Part shown: in pieces, positions 46,213-55,030 of the stretch | How positions within the stretch are numbered: position 1 is the first letter of the stretch | How the letters are laid out: every line of letters starts with the position of its first letter | Assembly: GCA_021162845.1 (NCBI GenBank) | Contig: JAGGXX010000054.1 | Coordinates: forward strand, 4,537 to 68,536 | Direction: 5' to 3' | DNA: 64,000 nucleotides | Origin: Thermoprotei archaeon | GTDB taxonomy: Archaea > Thermoproteota > Thermoprotei > QMSL01 > B3-G16 | The notes under the pieces: generated by a model | The model's input: only the letters and a program-made list of their open reading frames with translations | What the model was told of the DNA's origin: nothing | Database searches by the model: none | Program-made: the position numbers and the translations under genes

Positions 46213-48966
46213 TCAATCAGTGCTTAGCTCTAGAATGGAGTCTTCCTTCCTCAGACCAGCACACGAGGGGCACAGCACGCGCTTTCTGAAGAACGTCCTC
46301 TTAATTATCGCGCACTCTGGACATATAGGCCTGCCACAGGATGAACACGTAAGGGCATGTGAAGGGCATAGTTCTCTACCACACGATGAACAACGGATAA
46401 TATGGGATGGACAAACTGGCGCGTTACATATGGAACAGAGATGGACATGATCGGAACAGAGGGGTTTGCCACATACGACGCAGAGGCTTACATGCTTTAC
46501 ACAGAGAGGTGATGCACAATATGAGCACTTTATGATGTGAGATGTACACAGGGGAGCGCCACAGTGCTTACATAATGGTACCTCCACGAGTGATGTAATG
46601 GTTGATAGTGATTTCTCGACTAGCTTACCGCAGACGATGCATCTACCGAAGGAAGCCTTAAGCGAGTACGGATCGATAAGCATACTCACTGAGGAGGTCC
46701 CATATGCTAACTTAAGGCGATATCTCAATATGAACACGCGCCCTTCCTCAACGATCCTTAGGTCTGGACGGACTTCTATTTCCTGAACGGCCGCCTTCAG
46801 GAAAGCCTCATATTTCCTAACAAGGGCTTCTCGCTTTTCCTCATAAGACCTTTCGATAGTATCTAATTCATCGATTAAGCTTTTTATGGCCTTCTTAAGC
46901 TTTAATACGTTCTTCTCAGCGAGTCTAAGCTCGCGCTTAAGCTTCCTGAGCTCCTTCGTTACGTCTCGCGTGTTCAGGCGCCTTTTCCTCAGCTCTTCAC
47001 GGATTTCCTCTAGCCTCTGAACCCTATGCTTTAAGGACTTATAATCGCTCTCATGAAGCTTCAACTCGGCTTCGAGCACAGGCTTTGTGTTAAGCAATTC
47101 TCTCTTCTTTAGCTCAAAGCGAAGCCTTAACTCCTCCTCTTCCCTCTCAAGTTCGCCCTTTACCTTTTCTTCCAGACGCTTCATTAAAGGCGTTAGCTCG
47201 CTTTTATCGAATGTAGCCACCTCTAAGGGTGCTACGTAATAGACTTTGGTCTTCAACAGCTGGCGTAACATGGAGATTACTTCATCTCGAGGGGGAGAAG
47301 AAGTTGATGTGCTTTGCGCCTGGAAATCATAGAGGTCATACACAAGAGGCAGATCCCTGACCTCACCCAAGTGCTCCATAAGCTGTAACTTTTTACCCTT
47401 CATCACCACTAAGACGTGTTCTCCTCGGGATAACTGGAGCTTCTTCAGCCTGAGCCTGAGGGCCGAGCGCAGTAGGTAATAGGGTAGTGCTTCCGCCTCT
47501 ATATCAAAACCCACGATCTTCAATCCTAGGGCTTTGAACTTCCGAAGAACTTCTTCCTTCGAGAGTTTAGGCCTTAAAATGGGTAGGCTTTCCGATGGGG
47601 CCTTGATGTCCTTTAAGGCCCTTTTAGGTTTAACTATGGGTCTCTTCCCGACAAGCATACGTATCTCGGATGGCTGCAGTGGGCCTCTATGGTAAGTTAT
47701 CAGCCAGCGTGGCTCAACTATCACGGTCCTTCCGGATTCGTAATTATGATATAGGAAGGTGCGTGGCCTTAGCCTAGGGATTATCTCGGTTAAATCCTCG
47801 TCTATATTAAGGCCTTTCTTGACCTTTGCTATGTCCTGTCTGGTGGCTAACCTCCCCACAAATCTATGAGCCGCATTGGACAATACCTTGTAGTCTATAT
47901 CCGCTGGATTCTGAGTGGCCAACAGACAACCTAGACCGAAGGCTCTGCCCTGTTTTATCAATAACATGAGGCCAGCTTTAGATGGAGGCTTTCCAACGGG
48001 AGGTATGAATCCCACGAGTTCATCGAAGTAAAGGAGAAGGCGTAGGCTTGAGGTACCGCCTTGTCTTAGTAGCCACCTATATAGCTCTTGAAGAAAAGCG
48101 CCTATGAAGAACTGCTTCTCTTCCATAGTCGTCATGAACCTTAAGTCAATGACCGATATCGTGCCGCGCTGACTGAACTTCCCAAAATTAATCATCTCGC
48201 CATCGAGCCAGCTCTTGTAAGTCGGGTGAGAGAGGAGGACGTTTAGGCTACGGGCTAACTTGAGCCTAGCCCTCTGTGGTATAAAATCCTCAACGGCGAG
48301 GGAGCCTATTTGATCGAATGGAGGGTTGATGACTTCCTGAACTAAATCCTCAAGTGATATGGATTCCCCATCTAGCCAGTGGGTTTCTATTATTTGGGAG
48401 AGAAGAGCGTGTTCTTGGGTGTTCCTCTCGCCATATCCAGCCAATCTCAATAAAAGGGACACCGTATTGTCTATGGCATCGTAAAGGACCGTCTTGTCCT
48501 CGGCCACTATTTCCCTTATGTTTGGAATAGGATCCAGCGATGGTCTAATGGAAAGAGGGACGCCTGTTGAGCTACGAGGGGTGTATATTACGACACGGAC
48601 GTTCTCTACATAGTCACATATCTTCTCGCGGGATACCCCCCACTTGGATAGTTCCCGTAAATACAATCCCCTTAGCCTTTCCGCATACTCCCCAGGGTCG
48701 ATACCCCGCTCCTTAGCTTCAAGGTCCGACCAAGGACGGAAATCTAGATCAGGCGAGGCTATAGCGAGCGCGCCTATATCGCCCTTGGGGTCTATTGCTA
48801 TAATGGAATAACCCTTAAGGGCTAGCTCCTCCACTATGGCCTTACATAAGGTAGTCTTCCCCGACCCTGTTGCTCCCAGAACCACCGTATGCTTCAGAAG
48901 GGTATCCGTGTTAATACCGAAGGTCTCGCCACTAGACGTGCGCCCTATCACGATGACATCGCTCAT
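46213..48966 (-). CDS. HerA/FtsK-superfamily (DUF853/DUF87-like) P-loop ATPase fused to a long coiled coil and a C-terminal array of ~7 tandem 15-aa Cys3His zinc-knuckle repeats
   Basis: Walker A VVLGATGSGKTT, then IAIDPKGDIGAL (a DxKGD motif of DUF853/HerA-like ATPases). Walker B LLLYFDELVG. Residues ~560-720 are a heptad-rich, charged coiled coil (ELEREEEELRLRFELKKRELL...). C-terminus: CKHCGAPLCTSHIIK CSYCASPLCVKHVSL CVVCGKPLCSDHVHL CSICNAPVCPSHIIR CSSCGRELCPSHALT CSSCGRPICPECAII. Confidence 0.6.
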   Translation of the reverse strand: MSDVIVIGRTSSGETFGINTDTLLKHTVVLGATGSGKTTLCKAIVEELALKGYSIIAIDPKGDIGALAIASPDLDFRPWSDLEAKERGIDPGEYAERLRGLYLRELSKWGVSREKICDYVENVRVVIYTPRSSTGVPLSIRPSLDPIPNIREIVAEDKTVLYDAIDNTVSLLLRLAGYGERNTQEHALLSQIIETHWLDGESISLEDLVQEVINPPFDQIGSLAVEDFIPQRARLKLARSLNVLLSHPTYKSWLDGEMINFGKFSQRGTISVIDLRFMTTMEEKQFFIGAFLQELYRWLLRQGGTSSLRLLLYFDELVGFIPPVGKPPSKAGLMLLIKQGRAFGLGCLLATQNPADIDYKVLSNAAHRFVGRLATRQDIAKVKKGLNIDEDLTEIIPRLRPRTFLYHNYESGRTVIVEPRWLITYHRGPLQPSEIRMLVGKRPIVKPKRALKDIKAPSESLPILRPKLSKEEVLRKFKALGLKIVGFDIEAEALPYYLLRSALRLRLKKLQLSRGEHVLVVMKGKKLQLMEHLGEVRDLPLVYDLYDFQAQSTSTSSPPRDEVISMLRQLLKTKVYYVAPLEVATFDKSELTPLMKRLEEKVKGELEREEEELRLRFELKKRELLNTKPVLEAELKLHESDYKSLKHRVQRLEEIREELRKRRLNTRDVTKELRKLKRELRLAEKNVLKLKKAIKSLIDELDTIERSYEEKREALVRKYEAFLKAAVQEIEVRPDLRIVEEGRVFILRYRLKLAYGTSSVSMLIDPYSLKASFGRCIVCGKLVEKSLSTITSLVEVPLCKHCGAPLCTSHIIKCSYCASPLCVKHVSLCVVCGKPLCSDHVHLCSICNAPVCPSHIIRCSSCGRELCPSHALTCSSCGRPICPECAIIKRTFFRKRVLCPSCAGLRKEDSILELSTD

Positions 48967-48985
48967 GATCGACTATCCCCATATA

Positions 48986-51862
48986 CTACGGGTTTATAAC
49001 GATATATTCGCCTTTCCGCTTACCATAGGCATAGCCTAAGGCAGTGCCACAGGCTACCCCTAATACGGCTATAACCGATGATATTACAGGCCATGTCCTC
49101 TTCGCTCCCTCATATCTCTCCTTCACTTTCGATAGCTCCTCGTACTTCGCGGTAAGTGTTTGATTCCAAGCCCTTAACGAGTCATATTTTCCGAGAAGTG
49201 TATGATAGTCCTCCAGTAATTGTACATACGTGACATTAAGCTGGAGCAGCTTAGATCTCAATTGCTCGTAATCCCGAGTTAGGTTTCCTAAGTTCATTAG
49301 CGCCAGTGTGTAATTTGTGCTTAACTGGTTGAAGTTAGCGTTGAGACGAAGGTATTTATTCCTTAGCTCCAAGTAATCCTTCTCTAGTCTCTGGAATTCC
49401 TCAAGCAGTGAGCTATACGTCTCATTAAGCTCGGCATAGGTGTCCTTTAACGAGTTGTATTTTGTGTTAAGGGAGTTATACTTAGACAGAAGCGAGTTAT
49501 AGTTCCGCTTAAGTGAGAGGTACTTCTCCACCTCCCTCTCATAAAGGGATTTATACTTGATGTCCGTAAAAGCTGGAACGTCGATTATAAGGGATGTGAG
49601 ACCGTAAACCGTGATATCGCTCTTCCCGACGAGGAGGTCATCATCATATACCTCTATGGTAAGTGAGGTGACGTTGACTAAGTTTAGCTTAACTAGACCC
49701 TCGTCGTTTGCCTTACCGGCGAATAACAAGCGTCCATCTCCGTAGACCTTAATATTAGCGAAGGGAACGACATCGCCCTTTACGGGATCGATAATTCGTA
49801 TATAAACCCCGCTTATGAGCTTCTTAAGATGCACCTCAAGATATGTGATCCCATCCAGTTCCACGGATGGATTTAGATATTCCGTGTAATTCTCGGCACT
49901 CACCTTCACCTGATATATCCCTGCAGGGAGGTTGAAGCTTACACATCCGTTTACGTCAGTGTATGAGGATGAGAGGACAGTACCCCGATTGTCCATGACA
50001 ATGACTTGGGCGTTGGGTACGGGATCCCCTGTAAGCAGATCTACCACATGTGCTCTTAGTTGTATCGGTTCCATGATCATCTTCACGGACTCAGGGGAAA
50101 CAGTTAAGTCCAAGGACGTAACGGTAGGGGCATAACCTTCGTGTTCAGCTATTAAGGTGTAACGCCCACCGCTCAACGTTAGGTTTAGCCAACCCTTAGC
50201 ATTAGTAAGGCCATTAATTATCGTGGTATTACCTTCTATGAGAACCCTAATGTTCACCCCGGAAACGGGCTTTGAGTCTATATCCAGCACCTGGATAAAG
50301 AGCTGTCTACGCTTCGTCATTAAGGCCAGCAGATAACCTACAGTTGCCTTGACGCTCTCAGGGGTGCTCTGGTCTAGAACGGAAAACGCGAAAATTCCTT
50401 TTCCACACATGACCGCAGCAACGGCTTGGTATCTTTCATCTCCCACTGTCACGAACGTATCATAGAGCGAGAAGAGGCAGGGTGCGGAGGCCTTAAGGCT
50501 ATTGGGAGCCATCACGGCAGCCCATACATTCCATGGAGATATGTTCAGCTCATTAACGAGCTTTAGGCCTATATCCGTTAGGACAGCCGCTAATGGTCTA
50601 TCCGTCATCCCATTCCAACAAAAGCCACCCACCGTAAAGTTACTAGCCGCGGATAGGAACGCAGCTAATCCCCCTTCTTCCAGGAGTGACCAGTAGTGCG
50701 CGTGACCATTAGCTACGATGGAGAAAGGATAGCCCGCGATGTTCACTAAGATCCAGCCCTTATCCCTTACACATAGAGCTAGATCCGATATGTATGCATA
50801 TGTAGGAGCAGTGCCATCTGTGATTAAGTACTCATCAGGGATTGGCATGACCGCGCCGTGAAGGTTTATCAGGGTAATGCCGCGAACATCCGATGATATT
50901 AGCCTGTACAGATCAACACTTGAGTTGACTACGTGGTAACTTAAGTTCATGGAGCTTAACTGATCCTCGATATAGGCTAAAGTAGAGGGCATATCGAGCC
51001 CGTACCAGGCGGTGTCATTTATGGCTAATAGGTATACATCCGGTTCCGAGTTAAGTAATACGTGAAGGTATATCAGTGAAGTAAGGGCTATATCCGCCTT
51101 AACGAAATCAGGCTCATGCCATACGCCTACATGCACATAGTAACCCTTACCTAAGGAATAGGCGGCAACGGTCTTGAACGCCCCAAGGTACCCTATGGCC
51201 TCGGTGGAATATAGCGTAAAGAAGGGGTCCACGTTAGTCGAGATGCTGTACGTTGCCGAGACCTTAGTAGGCAATGAGGTACCAGCGATCTTAGAGGCAT
51301 TAGCACCCTCAAAGGTCAACATCGCGTAGTCTAAGGAGCCTGCCCTCTCGATATAACCATTGACTTTAACGCTAAAGTTGAGGGCGTTGAAGAACGTGGA
51401 GACACCAGTTTCCCCTAACTCTACTGATAAATGTTCCTCATCATTAAACGCGTAACTGAACGGTAGGCCCGCTAGGTTAATGAACGTGAATCCTCGCTTA
51501 CTCATATTGACCGCAAGGTCCCTCAAAAAGTTAAGAGCGCCTTCTTCCCCTGAGAGAGCATAGGGCATGGGTACCGGTATCGCGGAACCATGGAGGTTTA
51601 TTATCAGATCCCCTGTAGATGCATTCGCAAGTATGCTCCTAAACGAGGTAAAGTTCCTTATTACCGATATCTCCATCCCATTATCCGTGAGATAGGAAGA
51701 CAGGGGTTGTAGTAGAGAGGGCGATACGTCCCTAAAAGCCCCTGAGGGAATGAATATGAGATATGCACGTCCCTCATATCCATTTCTCGATGAGGTGACG
51801 AGGAAGGGGGTCGCAAGTGAAATTAGCATAAGGGTTAATAAGGTGAGACAATGAATTCTCAT
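48986..51862 (-). CDS. secreted surface (S-layer-associated) glycoprotein with N-terminal signal peptide, beta-rich ectodomain including carboxypeptidase-regulatory-like domain, C-terminal coiled-coil stalk and single C-terminal transmembrane anchor (tetrabrachion-like architecture)
   Basis: Signal-peptide-like MRIHCLTLLTLMLISLATPFLVTSS. More than 20 N-x-S/T sequons. GVNIRVLIEGNTTIINGLTNAKGWLNLTL is a prealbumin-like fold. A ~150-aa coiled coil with YNSL/KYNSL repeats follows. C-terminal TM WPVISSVIAVLGVACGTALGYAYGKRKG. Confidence 0.6.
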   Translation of the reverse strand: MRIHCLTLLTLMLISLATPFLVTSSRNGYEGRAYLIFIPSGAFRDVSPSLLQPLSSYLTDNGMEISVIRNFTSFRSILANASTGDLIINLHGSAIPVPMPYALSGEEGALNFLRDLAVNMSKRGFTFINLAGLPFSYAFNDEEHLSVELGETGVSTFFNALNFSVKVNGYIERAGSLDYAMLTFEGANASKIAGTSLPTKVSATYSISTNVDPFFTLYSTEAIGYLGAFKTVAAYSLGKGYYVHVGVWHEPDFVKADIALTSLIYLHVLLNSEPDVYLLAINDTAWYGLDMPSTLAYIEDQLSSMNLSYHVVNSSVDLYRLISSDVRGITLINLHGAVMPIPDEYLITDGTAPTYAYISDLALCVRDKGWILVNIAGYPFSIVANGHAHYWSLLEEGGLAAFLSAASNFTVGGFCWNGMTDRPLAAVLTDIGLKLVNELNISPWNVWAAVMAPNSLKASAPCLFSLYDTFVTVGDERYQAVAAVMCGKGIFAFSVLDQSTPESVKATVGYLLALMTKRRQLFIQVLDIDSKPVSGVNIRVLIEGNTTIINGLTNAKGWLNLTLSGGRYTLIAEHEGYAPTVTSLDLTVSPESVKMIMEPIQLRAHVVDLLTGDPVPNAQVIVMDNRGTVLSSSYTDVNGCVSFNLPAGIYQVKVSAENYTEYLNPSVELDGITYLEVHLKKLISGVYIRIIDPVKGDVVPFANIKVYGDGRLLFAGKANDEGLVKLNLVNVTSLTIEVYDDDLLVGKSDITVYGLTSLIIDVPAFTDIKYKSLYEREVEKYLSLKRNYNSLLSKYNSLNTKYNSLKDTYAELNETYSSLLEEFQRLEKDYLELRNKYLRLNANFNQLSTNYTLALMNLGNLTRDYEQLRSKLLQLNVTYVQLLEDYHTLLGKYDSLRAWNQTLTAKYEELSKVKERYEGAKRTWPVISSVIAVLGVACGTALGYAYGKRKGEYIVINP

Positions 51863-52067
51863 CCCTGCCCCCTTCGTCTTGGTTTAGACGTTTTTAAGAA
51901 AATAAGGGGAGCCTTGAGGAAATAGGGATAATTCCCATGTATTACTCGGGATGATATCTAAGGATTATCTCATGATGGGCTATATTACATTAGTTAAAGA
52001 AACATAATGACTGTATAAATAATCATAACACTTAAATATATTGATATATCATTGAGATTCATGACCC

Positions 52068-52826
52068 TTGGTGATGAGGGTAATGAAGCAGCCTAATAGG
52101 ATGGAAAAGGTTAAGATGCAATTAATGGTAGTAGAGCGCCTTAGGGCGTTGAAGAAGCTCTACTCATATAGAGAGCTATCTCGAAAGCTAAACATGTCCG
52201 AGACCGTACTCTGTAGGTATGTTAGGGGGAGTCTCCTTCCTGGGTACGTCCTAGCTAAGAAATTATTGCTCTCCATGAGGGAAATGCACGACCTCTCCCT
52301 CCTTATAAGGAGTAGGGTGAGGATTGATGAGGGAGGATACCTAGATCTTACTAACCTGATAGGCGATCCATATATGCTTAAGATCGCAGCAGAGGAAGCT
52401 TACATAAGCTACAGTAATGATGAGGTCACCAAGGTACTTACAGCAGCCGCTAATGGTATACCTCTAGCTACCATGGTAGCATACGTGTTTGGCGTACCTC
52501 TAGTGATAGCTAAGAGGACTAAGGACGTTGGCGTCAAGGAGTTCATAGAGGAGGCCTACATACCAAGAGGATCCCCAATACAGGAGACTTATTACGTACC
52601 CAAACGGGCCCTCACTAAGGATGACAGGGTACTGATAGTGGATGACCTAGCTAGAAGCGGATATACGTTAAGGGCCTTAGTGAACATAATCAGGAAGGCT
52701 GGTAGTGAGCTCGTAGGGATATTCATACTACTAGCGATAGGGAATAGATGGTATAGGACCTTAAAAGACGTTAAGCCAGGTAAAATAAAGGTCCTAGCAG
52801 TCCTTAATGATCAAAGTAAGGGATAA
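52068..52826 (+). CDS. HTH domain fused to a phosphoribosyltransferase (PRTase) domain; PurR/GfcR-like putative regulator
   Basis: N-terminal HTH-like YRELSRKLNMSETVLCRYVRG. C-terminal PRPP-binding motif VLIVDDLARSGYTL. Confidence 0.5.
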   Translation: MVMRVMKQPNRMEKVKMQLMVVERLRALKKLYSYRELSRKLNMSETVLCRYVRGSLLPGYVLAKKLLLSMREMHDLSLLIRSRVRIDEGGYLDLTNLIGDPYMLKIAAEEAYISYSNDEVTKVLTAAANGIPLATMVAYVFGVPLVIAKRTKDVGVKEFIEEAYIPRGSPIQETYYVPKRALTKDDRVLIVDDLARSGYTLRALVNIIRKAGSELVGIFILLAIGNRWYRTLKDVKPGKIKVLAVLNDQSKG

Positions 52827-52936
52827 CGTTATTAACCCCCTGATCCGTGTAGATCATTGGAGGGCAGAGAGTGACGACCTATACGGGATAACTAATTAGG
52901 GAGGCCTCAAGTGAAGAGGACCTGAGAAAAGTAAGT

Positions 52937-53455
52937 GTGATAATAAGAGAGGTTTTCGATCCTTATAATCAGCTCTGCGCAATAGAGGGCCTTTCCTTTA
53001 CTAGGGTATTCATCGCTGAGGATCGAGGAGGTGCGCTAGGGTTCGTAGAAACCTATGTTACATGGATAGCTGGGCATAAGTGCGGAGTTATTTATTACAT
53101 AGGAGTGAGGCCAAGAGCCCAGGGAAGAGGTATCGGGCGGGGGCTAGTCAAACACGTAGAAGAGTACATGAAGAAGCTCGGAGTGAGCTTCGTCCTAGCA
53201 TCCACAGTCATGACGAATAGGAGATCCCGATGTTTCTTCAATAAAATGGGATACTATGAGTATAGCACCAAGGAGTTAGAGGGACTGCTCGGGCGCAGGG
53301 CTTTAAGCGTGATAATACGCCGTCTTTACATAACTAAGGATGATGACGTGATACTGATCAAGCCACTACGTTATGGTAAGCCCACGCCAAAGGCACAAAT
53401 AGTGAAAATGCTCGTTAGCAGTAGCTTTGGTAAACGGCTTTTCCTTAAACATTAA
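52937..53455 (+). CDS. GNAT-family N-acetyltransferase
   Basis: Acetyl-CoA binding motif IGVRPRAQGRGIGRGLV. Confidence 0.6.
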   Translation: MIIREVFDPYNQLCAIEGLSFTRVFIAEDRGGALGFVETYVTWIAGHKCGVIYYIGVRPRAQGRGIGRGLVKHVEEYMKKLGVSFVLASTVMTNRRSRCFFNKMGYYEYSTKELEGLLGRRALSVIIRRLYITKDDDVILIKPLRYGKPTPKAQIVKMLVSSSFGKRLFLKH

Positions 53456-53489
53456 GATAAGGTAGTCCTCTCTTCTATTTTCTTCTTTT

Positions 53490-54500
53490 TCACTCTAATT
53501 GTGAACTCACGTAATACATGCTCTGCCTAGCGTCTCTCAAATTAGGCGTCTTGATCACAAGGCCCTTCTTAAGTAGGAGGGAGAGGGCGTATCTGACGGT
53601 TCTAGGTGGGAGCAATGTCCTACGGGCGATGTCCTTTTGCGTTAGAGGACCTTCATATTCTAGTACTTTAAGGACCAGTTTAGCGCTAGGCGGCATCTTG
53701 ATCAGCTCTTTAGCCAGCTCTACCTTCTTATAGAGTCTATCATGTACATGAGAACTCCTCTTTAGGCGTATCAATTTAATGTACTTCCCCATGCCTGTAA
53801 GACATATCCCCTTATGTACCTTACAGCGCAATATACCGTCGGCTATAGCTTCAATATCGCAAGAGCTTTCTATCTCGTTCAGGATCACTGTGGAGTCGCT
53901 TGGGACTACCAGGGGCCTCCTGGTTAAATCCATTGAGTTGACCGGAGTTACGACGAAAGCCTTAGTACCGATGAGCATTAAGGGGCCTCCAGCGGACATG
54001 GAATATGCGGTCGAGCCTATCGGCGTGGCCGCTATGACTCCATCGGCCATATCGCGCCATATGTACTCCCCGTTAACCCAAAGGCCGTATTTCATAAGCG
54101 TAGCGCTCTTTGAAGGGAATATGCATATCTCGTTCACGGCCCATAGCTCCACCTCGGAGTCGACGAGACCTCTTATCAGCTCGCTCTTCTCCAGCTTATA
54201 ATCCTCCGAGAATAACCTTTCAGCGACCCACCCTAAGTCTTTGAAAGTGATATCGGTTAAGAAGCCTATGCTATTCGCATAGTTCACGCCCAATACAGGT
54301 CTCTCGAAGATTCTCAGTTCGTGATATGCCCTCAAGACCGTCTTATCGTCACCTATCACTAAGGCGATATCGTAGTCACAGGACATTTCCTTCGGGAATA
54401 GTACTTCCATCCCTAGGGAGGTAAGGCGGCGTATTATGTGATCTGCTTTACTTTTTAATGAGTTATCCAGATATACCAGGGCCTTCATATGAATTCGCAC
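53490..54500 (-). CDS. nadK: NAD kinase fused to a C-terminal winged-HTH (MarR/TrmB-like) domain
   Basis: NAD kinase motifs are present: NYANSIGFLTD (NxGxLGFL) and DGVIAATPIGSTAYSMSAGGP. The GGDG region reads IGDDKT. The last ~80 aa, KLVLKVLEYEGPLTQKDIARRTLLPPRTVRYALSLLLKKGLVIK, are a clear HTH. Confidence 0.7.
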   Translation of the reverse strand: MRIHMKALVYLDNSLKSKADHIIRRLTSLGMEVLFPKEMSCDYDIALVIGDDKTVLRAYHELRIFERPVLGVNYANSIGFLTDITFKDLGWVAERLFSEDYKLEKSELIRGLVDSEVELWAVNEICIFPSKSATLMKYGLWVNGEYIWRDMADGVIAATPIGSTAYSMSAGGPLMLIGTKAFVVTPVNSMDLTRRPLVVPSDSTVILNEIESSCDIEAIADGILRCKVHKGICLTGMGKYIKLIRLKRSSHVHDRLYKKVELAKELIKMPPSAKLVLKVLEYEGPLTQKDIARRTLLPPRTVRYALSLLLKKGLVIKTPNLRDARQSMYYVSSQLE

Positions 54501-54724
54501 CTCGCATGATTTGATGCCGGTGATGAATCCTGGCTTACGTGTCTAAGTAATATCTTCAATAAGTCTATTAAAATCAAATCACATCATGAGGATCTTAAGC
54601 AAGATGCCTTTAATGATTTGATCTGGCCTAAAGGAAGGGTGAGGAGGTAAAATGTTCATTGTAAAGTAATATTCATGAGAAGTTTGATCTTGTTAACAAG
54701 CGGGGTGAGGTCAGTTTCCGTTGC

Positions 54725-54982
54725 TTAACATTTATTGCTAGGAAGTTTCATTTGGCGCCTTAGTTTTTTAATCCCTTCTTCAAATACCCTGTCTTCGTCG
54801 ATTTCGCCGAGTCTGGAAGAGTATAGCTCTATGGGGTCTATTAGTTTACGGGGTACTAGTATTATTCTATTGTCCTTAATCGTTACTATGAGTTCATCTC
54901 CTTCTTTGATCTCTGCTTTGTGCCTGATACTTGCCGGAAGTTTTAATATTCCGCCTTTATACACCTTAATGATCTCGTACAT
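54725..54982 (-). CDS. AbrB/SpoVT (swapped-hairpin) domain protein, VapB/MazE-type antitoxin-like
   Basis: N-terminus MYEIIKVYKGGILKLPASIRHKAEIKEGDELIV is typical of SpoVT/AbrB antitoxins. 85 aa. Confidence 0.55.
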   Translation of the reverse strand: MYEIIKVYKGGILKLPASIRHKAEIKEGDELIVTIKDNRIILVPRKLIDPIELYSSRLGEIDEDRVFEEGIKKLRRQMKLPSNKC

Positions 54983-54986
54983 GGTA

Positions 54987-55029
54987 GTAACCTTTATTAC
55001 TATTAGTAACTTAAGGTAATAAAGGTTAC
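54987..55029. promoter_or_regulatory. 14-bp perfect inverted repeat GTAACCTTTATTAC ... GTAATAAAGGTTAC (15-bp spacer) filling the 48-bp gap between the divergent AbrB-like and PIN genes
   Basis: Seen directly: catGGTAGTAACCTTTATTACtattagtaacttaagGTAATAAAGGTTACCatg. The arms run up to both start codons. Confidence 0.45.
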
Positions 55030-55030
55030 C

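Noticed and set aside
40636-52070. integrated provirus/integrative element with integrase at tRNA-Ser
   Set aside because: I could find no integrase, no recombinase, no viral structural genes, and no duplicated tRNA 3' segment by eye. Only the compositional shift and the accessory gene content remain, so this is reported as a decayed island hypothesis.
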